NCBI GenBank assembly: GCA_963734495.1 | Contig: CAVTHK010000016.1 | Span: 96,001 to 160,000 of the forward strand | Reading direction: 5' to 3' | DNA length: 64,000 bases | From: an uncultured Spirochaetota bacterium | Lineage (GTDB): Bacteria > Spirochaetota > Spirochaetia > SZUA-6 > CAVTHK01 | Shown: in pieces, positions 19,410 through 30,506 of the stretch | Layout: every line of letters starts with the position of its first letter | How positions within the stretch are numbered: position 1 is the first letter of the stretch | Position numbers and translations under genes: made by a program | Notes under the pieces: model-generated | What the model saw: the letters and a program-made list of their open reading frames with translations, nothing else | Database searches by the model: none | Told to the model about the DNA's origin: nothing

Positions 19410-19740
19410 CGCAATTCGCCTGCGGCACATGCTCGACGCGGCTCAGGAGGCCATGAGCTTCGTACACAGACGAAACCGGGCCGATTTGGGTCAAGACCGC
19501 CAACTGGTGCTGGCGCTTGTCAAGGCAATCGAGATCATCGGCGAAGCCGCTTATCAACTGTCGCAAGAGACAAGGGAGAGCCTGCCGGAGATACCGTGGG
19601 ACGACATCATCGGGATGAGGCACCGCCTGGTGCATGCATACTTTGATATCAATCTCGACGTCCTGTGGCGGACCGCCGAGAAGGACTTGCCCGCTCTCGT
19701 GTCACTCCTCGTGCCGAGGGTGCCGCCGGAGGTCCTCTGA
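19396..19740 (+). CDS. HEPN/DUF86 ribonuclease toxin
   Basis: EIIGEAA and [16 protein letters not shown] (RxxxxH). Confidence 0.93.
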   Translation: MRKDDAIRLRHMLDAAQEAMSFVHRRNRADLGQDRQLVLALVKAIEIIGEAAYQLSQETRESLPEIPWDDIIGMRHRLVHAYFDINLDVLWRTAEKDLPALVSLLVPRVPPEVL

Positions 19741-19852
19741 TGGCGGACTCCACCGGACGCCGCACTCTCGGCGGCCGGCAGCGCAAGCCCAGCCACGGCG
19801 CCGCCTCCAGCCGGCCGTCTTGGATCGTCGAACTTCGTGGGGGGCTGGGCCG

Positions 19853-19974
19853 GATCTCGGGATGGTGATGTCATAGGCGGGCGGCATGGCGAGAGAGAAA
19901 CAGGCGAACGGGCTGCTGGACCACTGGGTATCGCCCGACGGCGCCGGCGAGGCGGTGGGGTGCGTGGCGACGAC
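19853..19974. repeat. 122-bp direct repeat, right copy
   Basis: Matches 18784-18905. Confidence 0.93.
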
Positions 19975-20125
19975 CTTCACCTTTGATTCCGTGTTCTTCG
20001 AAGAAGAGTGCCTGACCCGCTTTGCGCAGGTCGAATCGGATCCGCAGGAGGACGGCCCGGCCTACCTGATCGAGCGCGAGGAGAAGCTCGCGGGCCTGGC
20101 GTGCGCGGCGGTGCTCGTCAGCCGT
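19886..20125 (+). pseudogene. 5' fragment of 'gene B' (resembles the N-terminus of PLD-like proteins)
   Basis: MAREKQANGLLDHW...CVATTFTFDSVFFEEECLTRF...YLIEREEKLAG, after which the reading loses coherence; family recalled from memory only. Confidence 0.45.
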
Positions 20126-20287
20126 CCGCATGGAGGGACAGCAGTCTGCCTTCCGGCCAAGGCCTATGCGTGTCCGAGACCTAGGACGAAGAGATGTCGC
20201 GGATTCCCGCAGCCCTCAACCGAGCGCAGCCTTGAGCGCCCGGAGGATACCTTCACCTTGATCCTTGGTGGGGAGTCCCGCGGACAG

Positions 20288-20539
20288 GTGTCGGACGCGC
20301 AGAAGATGATGAACCGCCTGACACCCCGCGAGCAGGAGGTGCTCCTCCTGCTCGTCCACGGCAAGGATAACGTTGGTATCGGCGAGACTTTGGGCATCAG
20401 CGAGCGCACCGTGCGGAACTACGTGAGCCGCATCTACGACGTCCTCGGGGTGCACAACCGCGCGCAGGCCGTCGCGTGGGCGCAGGCGCATTCGCCGCGG
20501 ATGAACGCACTGCACGATCGGGACCTGAACATGACGTGA
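20288..20539 (+). CDS. LuxR-type HTH domain (stand-alone or remnant)
   Basis: LTPREQEVLLLL..G..N..IGETLGISERTVRNYVSRIYDVLGV.NRAQAV. Confidence 0.75.
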   Translation: MSDAQKMMNRLTPREQEVLLLLVHGKDNVGIGETLGISERTVRNYVSRIYDVLGVHNRAQAVAWAQAHSPRMNALHDRDLNMT

Positions 20540-20691
20540 GCGTTGCCGGCACAGCCACACAGCGTGTTCGGCTGCATCGACGATGCCCGATGGGTTGACT
20601 ACATTCGACACGTGCGTCAATCTCGGGCGCGTTCCGATGGCTGTAACGTGAGCCGGGCGAACGGCCTGGACGGGTGAGGAGACAGGACTTC

Positions 20692-21936
20692 ATGGTTTAC
20701 AACGAGCTGGGACGGTCGGGCCTCAAGGTATCTGAGCTGGCGATGGGCGGGACGACCGCTACCGGCAAGTACGGGTCCGAAGAGCAGCACCGCGAGTTCC
20801 GCGCGGGCATCGAGCGGGCCGTGGAGCTGGGGATCAACCTGTTCGACACGGCCGAATCCTACGGCGACGGCGAGTCGGAGCGGCTGGTCGGGGAGGCGCT
20901 CAAGCCAGTGAGGGACCGCGTCCTGATCGCCAGCAAGGTGGCTTTCAGGAACCTCAAGCGCGACGACGCCAAGAGGGCGTGCGAGAACAGTCTTCAGCGC
21001 CTCCAGACCGACCGGATCGACGTGTACTTCATACACCGTCCGAATCCCGAGGTGCGCGTCGAGGAGACCATGGAGGCCTTGGTCGAGCTCAAGGAGCGGG
21101 GGCTGATCAAAGCGATCGGGCTGTCGAACTTCACACGAGCAGACATGGAGAAGGCGATGGCGGTCGGCCGATACGACGTCATCCAGCCCTGCTACAACCT
21201 GTTGTGGCGCAACATCGAGAAGGCCATCGTGCCCTACTGCGTCGAGCACAAGATCTCCATCGTGCCGTACAGCCCATTGGTTCAGGGCATCCTTGCGGGC
21301 AAGTTCGGGCGCGACCTGTCGCTCGACAGCATCGACACCCGCAGCCGCATCCTTCTCTTCCAGAAGGAGTGGTACGGCAAGTGCCTCGACGTCGTGGACG
21401 GCATGCGCCCGATCGCCAAGAAGCACGGCAAGTCGCTGGCCCAGGTGGCGATCAACTGGGTGCAGGCGCAGCGCGGCATCACGTCGGTGATCATTGGCGG
21501 CAGGAGCCCGAAACAGGTCGAGGAGAACGTGGGCGCCGCGGGGTGGAAGCTCACCAGGGGCGACCTTGCCACGCTCGACCAGATCTCGAGAGTCGTTACT
21601 GACAAGTTGCCGGACCAGCCCAGCTTCTGGTTCAAGTCGTATCGACCGCGTGAGATTCGCGCCCGGCCCGAGCGAAGCATCTGCGTCTCGCCGCGTGCTG
21701 ATAGGGCTGTAGTCGCCCGTCCCGCTGCGTCCCTGCCCATGGACCTCTGTGCAGGAGTCGCCTCGACCGCCGAAGTCGACTCTGACCGTCGGCAATGCGT
21801 TCGGTCGGGCTACCGGCGACGCCGCTTCACCTCGGCTTCACCTGATTCAGCCGCTACGAGGCGAAACACCGGCCGTTTGTCGCCCGGTCGCCTTCATGGG
21901 TGGCCCTTTCCTGCTCTTTCCTGCCTGCAAGTTTGA
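20692..21936 (+). CDS. Aldo/keto reductase (domain ends near 21640; 3' tail looks like read-through)
   Basis: LGRSGLKVS, FDTAESYG, IASK, IHRP, IGLSN, Q..YNLL and YSPL. Confidence 0.9.
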   Translation: MVYNELGRSGLKVSELAMGGTTATGKYGSEEQHREFRAGIERAVELGINLFDTAESYGDGESERLVGEALKPVRDRVLIASKVAFRNLKRDDAKRACENSLQRLQTDRIDVYFIHRPNPEVRVEETMEALVELKERGLIKAIGLSNFTRADMEKAMAVGRYDVIQPCYNLLWRNIEKAIVPYCVEHKISIVPYSPLVQGILAGKFGRDLSLDSIDTRSRILLFQKEWYGKCLDVVDGMRPIAKKHGKSLAQVAINWVQAQRGITSVIIGGRSPKQVEENVGAAGWKLTRGDLATLDQISRVVTDKLPDQPSFWFKSYRPREIRARPERSICVSPRADRAVVARPAASLPMDLCAGVASTAEVDSDRRQCVRSGYRRRRFTSASPDSAATRRNTGRLSPGRLHGWPFPALSCLQV

Positions 21937-22009
21937 CAGCACGATGGCGCGGAGTTAGCATCGGGCGATGCGAACGGGATAGTTGCGCATACCACAAAAG
22001 GAGGCATCC

Positions 22010-22790
22010 GTGTCGAAGGCGAAGATCCAGCTTGAGGCCCTTGCGAGCATCGACGTGGGCGGCCGGATAGGCCAGCTCAGAGCGGTCCCAGTGACCCTCG
22101 GTCCGGGGCAGCCCAAAGCGGTCGCCGCGTTCTACTGTGCGGATCAGCGCAGCGTGGATCCCTCGATCAACGGATTCTATTTCCCCAGGGACAACTACAA
22201 GCTGGTTGTCTTCACGGAGAAGGGCGAGCTGCTCTGGAAGCGGGAGATAAGCACGGGAGTGGTCCCGGGCAACTCCTTTTGTCCTCTGTTCTCCCTGGAC
22301 CTGGACGGGAACGGCGTGGACGAGCTTTGGTACGTCAACAACATCAGCGAGCACCATCCCTTTCAAACCAGCAACTACCGGTTGGAGCGCGTGGATGCCA
22401 GGACCGGACAAACGATGGGGCAGTGGCAGTGGCCCGAATACGACCCGGACCAGCAGCAGGGCAATCGTTTCCGCAACTTCATATTTGGCGGGTACGTCAA
22501 AGGCAAACCGGTCCTGGTGACGGCGCAGGGTACGTACCGCAACATGTTCCTGCAGGCCTGGCACGTGGACATGACCGAGAAGTGGAACCTCACGATCTCC
22601 AAGGACGCCCCCGGCGCTCGCGGAAGCCACATGCTGTCGATCACAGATCTCGATGGCGACGGCATCGAGGAGGTGATGTGGGGCGAGCGCTGCATAGAGT
22701 TGGACCGCGGGACGGAGCTGTTCTGCGCGGAAAGGAACTCGTGGCACGGCCACTCGGACATAGTGCAGCCATTCTACGACAAGCGGCTTC
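22010..22790 (+). pseudogene. Truncated beta-propeller protein resembling rhamnogalacturonan lyase PL11
   Basis: AGGAGG SD with GTG start; DLDGNGVDE and DLDGDGIEE Ca-binding repeats; GSH and GHSD; breaks off near 22790. Confidence 0.6.
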
Positions 22791-23970
22791 AACACGTGGG
22801 TGCAGTACTACCTGGAAAGTCCAACACGCGCATAACCCGGCACTGCCGACCGTGCGCGCCTGGAACATCAAGTCAGCCGCGGATTCGCCTATCGTAGTAT
22901 TCGACCGAAATCCGTACTACTGGGTGGTGGACACCGCGGGAAACCAACTGCCGTATATCGACAACCTCTCGTGCTCGCTCAGTTCCAACACGGAAATGGT
23001 AACGATGAAGGGGGTCAACGGAGAGGTCGACTTCCAGGCGAGACACATCCAGCTCAAGAACTACACGCTGCTCAAGAAGAACGAGGAGCGCGGAGGATAC
23101 CGCGTGGCGCTGTGGTCCGGCGATACGACCATGCCTGTCATCTTCTTCAGCCAGAGCTACCGCGGCGACGCCTTCATGGAGAGCCTCCTCCACAGCGACA
23201 AGTTCCGCAAAGCGCTGTCCCTGGCGATCAACAGGCAGGAAATCAACGAGATTTCGTTTCTGGGGCTGGGGAAGATCCGGCAGGCCAGCCTGCTGTCCAG
23301 CGACCGCTACTACGATGCGGAATGGGAGAGCGAGTACACCGCCTACGAGCCGGCCAAAGCAGCCGCCATGCTGGACGAAGTCAGGTTGAAGAAGGGGCCC
23401 GACGGGTTCAGGCTCCGACCGGATGGCGCCCGATTCGATGTCCTTCTCGAGATCACGGACACTGGTTTGTTCGCGGCCGACACCGTGGAGCTTGTTCGCA
23501 AGAACTCGGAAGCCGTCGGCGTCAAGACCAACATCAAGACGATGGACCGGTCGGTGTACACCCAGCGCGACCAGTCGAACGCGCTGGCGATCAGCGTCTA
23601 CTCCTGTGGGTACTTCTTCTATTCCGAGCTTCGCAAGCTAGTTCCCAACTTCCTGGCCGTCGACTCCTGGTCCAACGGCCATGCGCAGTGGCTGCTCACA
23701 AATGGCGCAAAAGGTGTCGCTCCCGAGGGTGACATGGCGCGTCTCTACGAACTGTACAAGGACCTGCAGGCCGCCGACCCCCAGAAACGTGACATCATCG
23801 CCAAGGAGATCGTGTCGCTGCACAAGAAGAACCTGTGGATGGTCGGGGTCGCCACGACGCCGTACGTGGCCGTGGTAAGCAGCGCGTTGCACAACGTGCC
23901 TCCGGAGTCGTTCGTCTACTCATGGCTTTTCATCGCCCCGAGGCATAGCGAGCCGCGCAGTTGTTCTTCA
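22790..23970 (+). pseudogene. C-terminal part of a family 5 ABC substrate-binding protein
   Basis: RNPYYWVVDTAGNQLPYID and FRKALSLAINRQEI; N-terminus missing. Confidence 0.8.
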
Positions 23971-24086
23971 GCGATCCAAGCGAAGGGAAGAGTGACGCGG
24001 CCGCGTCGGATTGACGTGTCGGAGATCGCACAGCGGTGATAGGGTACGACAATGCACCGATCACCTGTAGCCACCGAGGGAGCGGC

Positions 24087-24505
24087 ATGTTCCGTTACCT
24101 GCTCAGACGATTCTCAGATGGTTCCGACGCTCGTGATCATATCGGTCATCAGCTTCGTGATCATACAGCTTCTCGGGACTATCTCACGACTACACGGAAT
24201 GGGTGGGGCCGTCTATCGGGCAGAAAGCGCTATGGCAAAGTAAGCGAAGCATCTGCGAAGACCGCTTCGCGTCGCCTCATACCTTTGGGCGACCGCGGGC
24301 GGCAGCTCACATCTGGTGTCGGGAGTGACGATCGTGGCGTTGTGCTCAGCCTGCCACGGCGGGTCCGCTGTTGATCCGTTCGCTCATGAGCAGGATATGT
24401 ACCTGGCCGGCACGCTGATCATGCTGCTCAGCGCCTGACTGTCATCGGTACGCTGATCTCGATGTGCTTCTCGTGTGGCTCGACCGCGTATTCGTCTCGA
24501 GGCGT
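24087..24505 (+). pseudogene. Internally deleted ABC permease (OppB-like)
   Basis: MFRYLLRR, VPTLVIISVISF and QDMYLAGT...LDxRIR squeezed into ~420 bp across several frames. Confidence 0.7.
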
Positions 24506-24519
24506 CTATGGAGATTGCC

Positions 24520-25110
24520 GCGTGACAGACGCCGCGACACCGAATATCGCTCGCCTGTCACATTCAGATCGTCGGTACCGCTTCAAGAAGCATCGGCTGG
24601 CGGTGGTTTCGGTGTTGTTCCTCGCTGTCATCTACGCCGTGGCGCTTTCTGCGAAATTCTTCGCGCCTTACGACGGACGACACGGGCGCTGAGGGTCACC
24701 AGCCGCCGCAGGCGATTGAGTTGGACAGGGCTCGCGCGAGTCGTGCGCAGCAAGTTCCTGTCGTTGCGCAAAGAAGAGTTCGTGATGGCCGCGCTTCTTT
24801 CCGGCAATTCTCACTATCGCCTCATCTTCCGGCACATGGTGCCAACTTCACCAGTCACATCATCGCTTCCCTGACGCTCGCATACCGCACATGATACTTT
24901 CGGAGACGTCTTTGAGCTTTCTCGGTCCGGCCTGCGGCCGCCGGCGGTGAGCTGGGGTGTTCTTCTACAAAGCGCCAGAATATCCGGTCGGTGGCGTACG
25001 CCCGTGGCTCTTCTGCCCGGAGTAGCCGTGATCGTGACGGTGCTGGCATTCAATTTCCTCGGAGACGGCATCAGGGACGCGGCCGATCTTTCGGCGAGGG
25101 GCGGTGAGGG
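24520..25110 (+). pseudogene. Internally deleted ABC permease (OppC-like)
   Basis: RFKKHRLAV, WTGLARVVRSKFLSLRKEEFV and AFNFLGDGIRDAAD in different frames. Confidence 0.75.
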
Positions 25111-25115
25111 TAGCC

Positions 25116-26120
25116 ATGGATCGACTGCTCGAAGTCGAAAATCTCAAGACCTACTTCTATTCTGATTTCGGCGCAGTGGCCAAGGCGCTGGACGGAGTGG
25201 ACATCTCGGTTGCCGCCGGACAGATCCACGGCCTGGTCGGCGAGAGCGGGTGCGGAAGAGCGTGACCGCCCGCACAGACGGCGAATCCTCGATCGAGAAG
25301 CAGGATCGTCGACGGTCGCATTCTGTACTATCGCAACCTGTTTCCTTCGCCGGTCGACCTGGCGCAGCTCGACGCTACGGACGAGATGGTTCAGCGGCCC
25401 GACGACATTTCGATGGTGTTCCAGGAGCCGCAGTCCTCGTTCAGCCCCGTATACACGATCGGCAACCAGATCATGGAAGCCATCGTCCTGCACCAGGGCC
25501 TGGACAGGGACGCGGCCCGAAAACGAGCGATACAGGCACTGGAGGAAGTCGGGATGCCGAAAGCTTCCCAGACCGTCGACAGCTATCCGCATCAGTTGAG
25601 CGGCGGGATGCGGCAGCGCGCCATGATCGCCATGGCCTTGAGCTGCAATCCACGGCTGCTGATCGCGGACGAGCCGACCACCGCTCTCGATGTGACGATA
25701 CAGGCGCAGATTCTCGAGCTTCTCCTCGGCCTGCAGAAAGCACGCGCGATGTCGATACTGATCATCACCCACGCGATGGGAGTCATCGCGGAGACCGCTC
25801 AGGTGGTTTCCGTGATGTACCTCGGGAAGGTGGTCGAAAGCGCTTTCGTCGACGAGATCTTCAGAAACCCGCTGCATCGCTACGCGCGCAGCCTCTTGAA
25901 GGCGATACCCAGCGTCGAACGGCGCAAGAGCGACAGGCTCTACTCTATTGAAGGGACCGTGCCGGATGCCTCCGATGTTCCTCCCGGATGCCCGTTCCAT
26001 CCACGCTGTCCCGAAGCCCGGCCGGGAGTGTGCAGCGAGCTGCCGCCAGCAGTCGCCGAGCCGGCGGCGGGGCATCGCGTCAGGTGCCTGCAGTTCGACA
26101 AGACGGTGTCCCATGCCTGG
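25116..26120 (+). pseudogene. ABC ATP-binding protein OppD-like, frameshifted N-terminus
   Basis: GESGCG, then [16 protein letters not shown] and GCPFHPRC. Confidence 0.8.
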
Positions 26121-27127
26121 AGTCCCTGCTTCAGATCAGCAGTCTCACCAAGCATTTCCCGGTACGCCGCGGCGGCCTGAGCGCAGTCACCGGTCAGGTG
26201 AAGGCTGTAGACGACGTGAGCTTCGAGATAGGCCATGGGGAGACGCTCGGGCTCGTCGGGGAGAGCGGATGCGGCAAGAGCACCACGGCCAGAGTGATCC
26301 TGCGTGGGTATGAGCCGACATCCGGTGCTGCCCTTTTTGACTGGGGCGATGGCTCGACGCCTCAGGATGTCTTCCGGCTCGACGCGAGAGGCATGAAGCG
26401 CTTCCGAAGGGAAGCTCAGATGATCTTCCAGGATCCCTATTCGTCCCTCAACCCTCGCATGACCGTCAAGGAGATCGTCGGTGATCCTCTCGTCGCAAAC
26501 CGGATGGCAAAGGGACGGCAACTGGAAGACCGCGTGAGCGAGATGCTCAGCAAGGTAGGGCTGATGCCGGAGCACATGAGCCGCTATCCGCACGCGTTCA
26601 GCGGAGGACAACGGCAGAGGATCGCCATCGCGCGGGCGCTGGTCTTTAATCCCCGTTTTGTGGCGTGCGACGAGCCGGTTTCCGCGCTCGACGTCTCGGT
26701 CCAGGCGCAGATCCTGAACCTGCTCGAAGAGCTCCAGGGCGACCTCAGATTGACGTACCTGTTCATCTCACACGATCTGAGCGTAATTCGCCACATGTGC
26801 GATCGTGTCGCCGTGATGTACGTTGGCCGCATCGTCGAGCTCGCTGAAACGGAAGAAGTGTTCGCGCATCCCAGGCACCCGTACACAGAGGCCCTGCTTT
26901 CGGCAGTTCCCCGGACCGATCCCCAGCGAAAGACGAGGCGCATCGTGCTCGAGGGCGAGGTCGCCGATCCCTCGAATCCGCCGGCGGGCTGTCCATTCCA
27001 TCCGCGGTGCCGCTACGTTGACGGAGTGTGCTCCACGAAAAGGCCGTTGCTGCGGCAGGCAGGCGAGGTGCAGGGCCATCTGGTCGCGTGCCACTTCGAT
27101 TCTTCGCTGACGCTGCGCGGGCTGTAG
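26113..27127 (+). CDS. ABC ATP-binding protein OppF-like (start uncertain)
   Basis: [25 protein letters not shown] and HLVACH. Confidence 0.88.
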
Positions 27128-27208
27128 GGGTCAGGAACCGGCATGGCGCGGTCGGCTGGTAACGCCCCCACGCCGGCTCAGGCGGAATCTTGGGGAAGGA
27201 AGAAGAGC

Positions 27209-28489
27209 ATGAGCAGCGGGACTATTCACGAAGCCTCCCGGGAAACCCCGGTGTCAGACGAAGTCGACGTTCTTGTCGTGGGCGCCGGTCCGGCCGGTAT
27301 CGGCGCTGCAGTGGGGGCAGCGCGGACGGGCGCGCGGACCCTGCTGGTCGAGAAGCACGGGTGCGTCGGCGGCATGTTGACGGCCGGCAGCGTGCTCAAC
27401 ATGAGGACCTTTAACGACGGCAGGAGACAGGTGATCGGCGGCGTCGGTGCAGAGCTCGTCGAAAGGATTCGCGCCGCGGGAGGGACGGAAAACACCGTGG
27501 AGACGGGCCCTCTGGTGCGGCATGACCCGGAGATCACCAAGTTCGTCGCGCAGGAGCTGGTGTTGTCTTCGGGAGCTCGTCTACTGCTTCACACGTTCGT
27601 GGCGGGAGCGGTGCTCGTCGGGCAGGATCTACGAGGGATCATTGTCGAGAACAAGGACGGTCGCGTTGCGATCCTCGCCGCGGTGACTGTGGATGCTACA
27701 GGCGACGGCGACGTTATCTGCCGTGCCGGAGCTGCCTTCGAAAAGGCGGTCGAGGATCTTCAACCCATGACGCTCGCCTTCGTGATCGGCGGTGTGAGGT
27801 CCTGGCCTCGCGTGCTGCCGCCTGAAGTCAGGGAGAAGATCGAGCGCGCGATTGCCGAAGACGAGTTCCCGACTACCCGGCCTCCGGCGCTGTTCCCGCT
27901 GCTGCACGAAGGCTACATGTACGCAAACGCGACCAGAATCCCCGGTGACTGCACGCGGGCTGCCGACCTGACGAACGGCGAGGTCGAAGGCCGCCGCCAG
28001 GCGTTTGCCCTCCTCGAGTGGCTGCGCGAGAACGCTCCCGGGTACGAGACTGCCCACATAGTGAGCAGTGGGGCCCAGGTCGGACTGCGCGAGAGTCGAC
28101 GCCTGGTCGGCTGCTCCACGCTCTCGCGCGACGACGTCTTCAGCCGCGAAGAGCGCGCCGACACGGTGGCACGCGGCGCCTACGCTATCGACATACACAG
28201 CCCGGGCAAGGGCACCGAAATGGTCTGGCTCGAGCCGGGAATGAGTTACTGCATTCCGTACGGGTGCCTCGTTCCGAAGGTCGTAAACGGGCTCCTCGCC
28301 GCAGGTAGATGCCTGTCTGCCTCGCATGACGCGCTGGGCTCTGCCCGGGCGATCGCCACCTGCACGGCAACTGGCCATGCCGCCGGCGTCGCAGCGGCCC
28401 TGTCGGCGGCGAAACACTGCCAACCGCGGGACCTGAATGTCCAGGAGTTGCGCGAAGTCCTTCTGGCGCAAGGCGCGATCCTGATCTAG
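27209..28489 (+). CDS. FAD-dependent oxidoreductase
   Basis: VVGAGPAG, GGMLTAG, VDATGDGD, GLRESRR, IPYGCLVP and AGRCLS. Confidence 0.9.
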   Translation: MSSGTIHEASRETPVSDEVDVLVVGAGPAGIGAAVGAARTGARTLLVEKHGCVGGMLTAGSVLNMRTFNDGRRQVIGGVGAELVERIRAAGGTENTVETGPLVRHDPEITKFVAQELVLSSGARLLLHTFVAGAVLVGQDLRGIIVENKDGRVAILAAVTVDATGDGDVICRAGAAFEKAVEDLQPMTLAFVIGGVRSWPRVLPPEVREKIERAIAEDEFPTTRPPALFPLLHEGYMYANATRIPGDCTRAADLTNGEVEGRRQAFALLEWLRENAPGYETAHIVSSGAQVGLRESRRLVGCSTLSRDDVFSREERADTVARGAYAIDIHSPGKGTEMVWLEPGMSYCIPYGCLVPKVVNGLLAAGRCLSASHDALGSARAIATCTATGHAAGVAAALSAAKHCQPRDLNVQELREVLLAQGAILI

Positions 28490-28500
28490 CTCGTCCGCCG

Positions 28501-28635
28501 GACGCCGTTATACGGCAGGCGGAGAAGGCGGGGGCGCACGATCACCCGACCGTCGCCCGACCGCGTCTGGGGCGGCTACACCGACTGCTTGCGGGACCCG
28601 GGCGGCCACCGCTGCGAGGTCGCCCGGGTCCCCGA
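28501..28635 (+). pseudogene. 3' remnant of a VOC/glyoxalase gene
   Basis: DAVIRQAEKAGA / TITRPSPDRVWGGYTDCLRDPGGHRCEVA resembles the WGGY...DPDGH.WEVA VOC tail. Confidence 0.6.
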
Positions 28636-28665
28636 CTCGCCGACTCGGGGTGTGAGCGCGCAGGC

Positions 28666-29958
28666 CTACACCAGGTGGAACTGGTGGGGGAGCCACGTCA
28701 CGATCTCGGGCACGAAGATCATGAGAATGAGTGCCACCACAAGCGCGATGATGAAAGGCCAGATGCTGCGGATGATGTCGCCCAGTGGCGTGTCGGTCAG
28801 CCCGCTGAGGATGAAGAGCACGATGCCGTAGGGGGGCGTGATGCTTCCCATCTGCACGTTCACGCACGCAAGCACTCCGAAGTAGACGAGATTGATGGCG
28901 TGCGCCTGGATCGCGGGGAGCACGAGCGGAAAGGCGACCAGAATCAGCACGTTGCCGTCGATAAAGCATCCCAGCACGAGGAATGCGAGCATGACGACGA
29001 CGAGGAACATCTGGTTGGAGAGGTTGAGGGCGTTCATCCACGCCGCGATCGCCACCGGCACCTGCTCGACGCTGATGACGAAGTTAAAGACGAGCGCCCC
29101 CGCATAGATTACCATCACGGCTGCCGTATCGCGCGCCGTCTCGACGATCGTCCTGTAGAGGCCGGACCACTTCTGATCCCTGTAGACGAACATGGTCAGC
29201 ACGATCGCGTAAGCCGCGGAGACGGCGGCAGCTTCGGTGGGCGTAAAGACGCCTGAGTAGATGCCGCCGAGGAGGATGGCTGGCGTCAGCAGCGGCATGA
29301 TCGCGCGCAGGAGATAGCGCGCGACGACTTCCAGCTTGACCGCCGGTTCGGTGGGGAAACGGTAGACCCGGGCCGCGATGTAGACGAGGACCATGAGGCA
29401 CGCGCCCATGACGAGGCCAGGGACGACGCCGGCCATGAACAACGCGCCGATCGAGGCGTCGGAGACCATGGCGTAGAGAACCATGATGATGGACGGCGGG
29501 ATGATGGGGCCGATCGTCGAGGCGGCCGCGGAGAGTGCCACGGCGAACGGCCGCGGGTACGCGCCCGTCTTGGTCATCATGCGAAAGAGGACCACGCCGA
29601 CGCCTGCGGCGTCGGCCACGCCGCTTCCGCTCATCCCGGCAAAAATGACGTTGGTGGCCACGTTGACGTAGCCGAGGCCGCCTCGGAACCGCCCGATGGT
29701 GGCTCCGATAAAGTCGAGCATGCGGTCCGTCACGCTGCCGGAGTTCATCACTTTGGCCGAGAAGATGAACAGCGGGATGGCGAGGCCGAGGAAGTTGTTG
29801 TACAGGCCGGCGACGATCTGCTGAGTGACGAAGCCGGGATCCATGTGCGTGAGCAGGACGTAGAGAAAACCGCCGCACATCATCGAGATGCCGACAGGGC
29901 ACCCGATGACCAGCAACCCCAGCATCACGAGGATCATGGCAAGCATGGCAGGATGCAT
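28666..29958 (-). CDS. dctM: TRAP transporter large permease
   Basis: LAIPLFI, FAGMSGS, IIPPSI, FTPTEAA and ITPPYG. Confidence 0.93.
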   Translation of the reverse strand: MHPAMLAMILVMLGLLVIGCPVGISMMCGGFLYVLLTHMDPGFVTQQIVAGLYNNFLGLAIPLFIFSAKVMNSGSVTDRMLDFIGATIGRFRGGLGYVNVATNVIFAGMSGSGVADAAGVGVVLFRMMTKTGAYPRPFAVALSAAASTIGPIIPPSIIMVLYAMVSDASIGALFMAGVVPGLVMGACLMVLVYIAARVYRFPTEPAVKLEVVARYLLRAIMPLLTPAILLGGIYSGVFTPTEAAAVSAAYAIVLTMFVYRDQKWSGLYRTIVETARDTAAVMVIYAGALVFNFVISVEQVPVAIAAWMNALNLSNQMFLVVVMLAFLVLGCFIDGNVLILVAFPLVLPAIQAHAINLVYFGVLACVNVQMGSITPPYGIVLFILSGLTDTPLGDIIRSIWPFIIALVVALILMIFVPEIVTWLPHQFHLV

Positions 29959-29974
29959 GGCGATCCCCCCAGTT

Positions 29975-30463
29975 TCAACCTTCCGTGTTTGTCTTTACGT
30001 ATTCGCGCCAGTCGGGCCGGAACAGGGCCGCCACCGACAGCACGAGGCGCAGCGTGAACGCGGCGACGAACATGGCGAACGCCCCGTAGGTCACCGACAA
30101 CGGGATGTGCAGGATCGGCGTCGACTCCCGCTGCTCGTACGCGGCAAGGCTCACGATCGCGGGCAGGGACAGGATGAGGATCGCGGCGCACGCGAGGTTC
30201 GCGACGACCGCAAAGACGCGCCTGGCCTGCGGGGGCACGACGTCGCGCACGACGGTGAATGCGACGTGACGCTTGAGAGGAACGTTAAAGGTGAGCGTAA
30301 AGAAGAGCATCAGCAGGAAGGTCACCTGGATCATCTCGACGGACCAGCTCAGCGGTGAGTCGAGCACGTAGCGGAAGAAGACTTCGACGAGAAAGACCAG
30401 GAACATCCAGGCGAAGAGCAGCGCCGACAGGGCGTTGAGAGCTTCAATCACTTTTTTCTTCAC
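29975..30463 (-). CDS. dctQ: TRAP transporter small permease
   Basis: Four TM segments; VFFRY..PLSWS.E. Confidence 0.88.
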   Translation of the reverse strand: MKKKVIEALNALSALLFAWMFLVFLVEVFFRYVLDSPLSWSVEMIQVTFLLMLFFTLTFNVPLKRHVAFTVVRDVVPPQARRVFAVVANLACAAILILSLPAIVSLAAYEQRESTPILHIPLSVTYGAFAMFVAAFTLRLVLSVAALFRPDWREYVKTNTEG

Positions 30464-30506
30464 ATCAATTACCCCCTGGCCGCCCCGCGAGGGCTCGGCC
30501 GGCCTG

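Noticed and set aside
19886-20539. Novel PLD-like/LuxR fusion protein
   Set aside because: The linker is not protein-like and gene B is truncated; a chance in-frame join of remnants is more likely.
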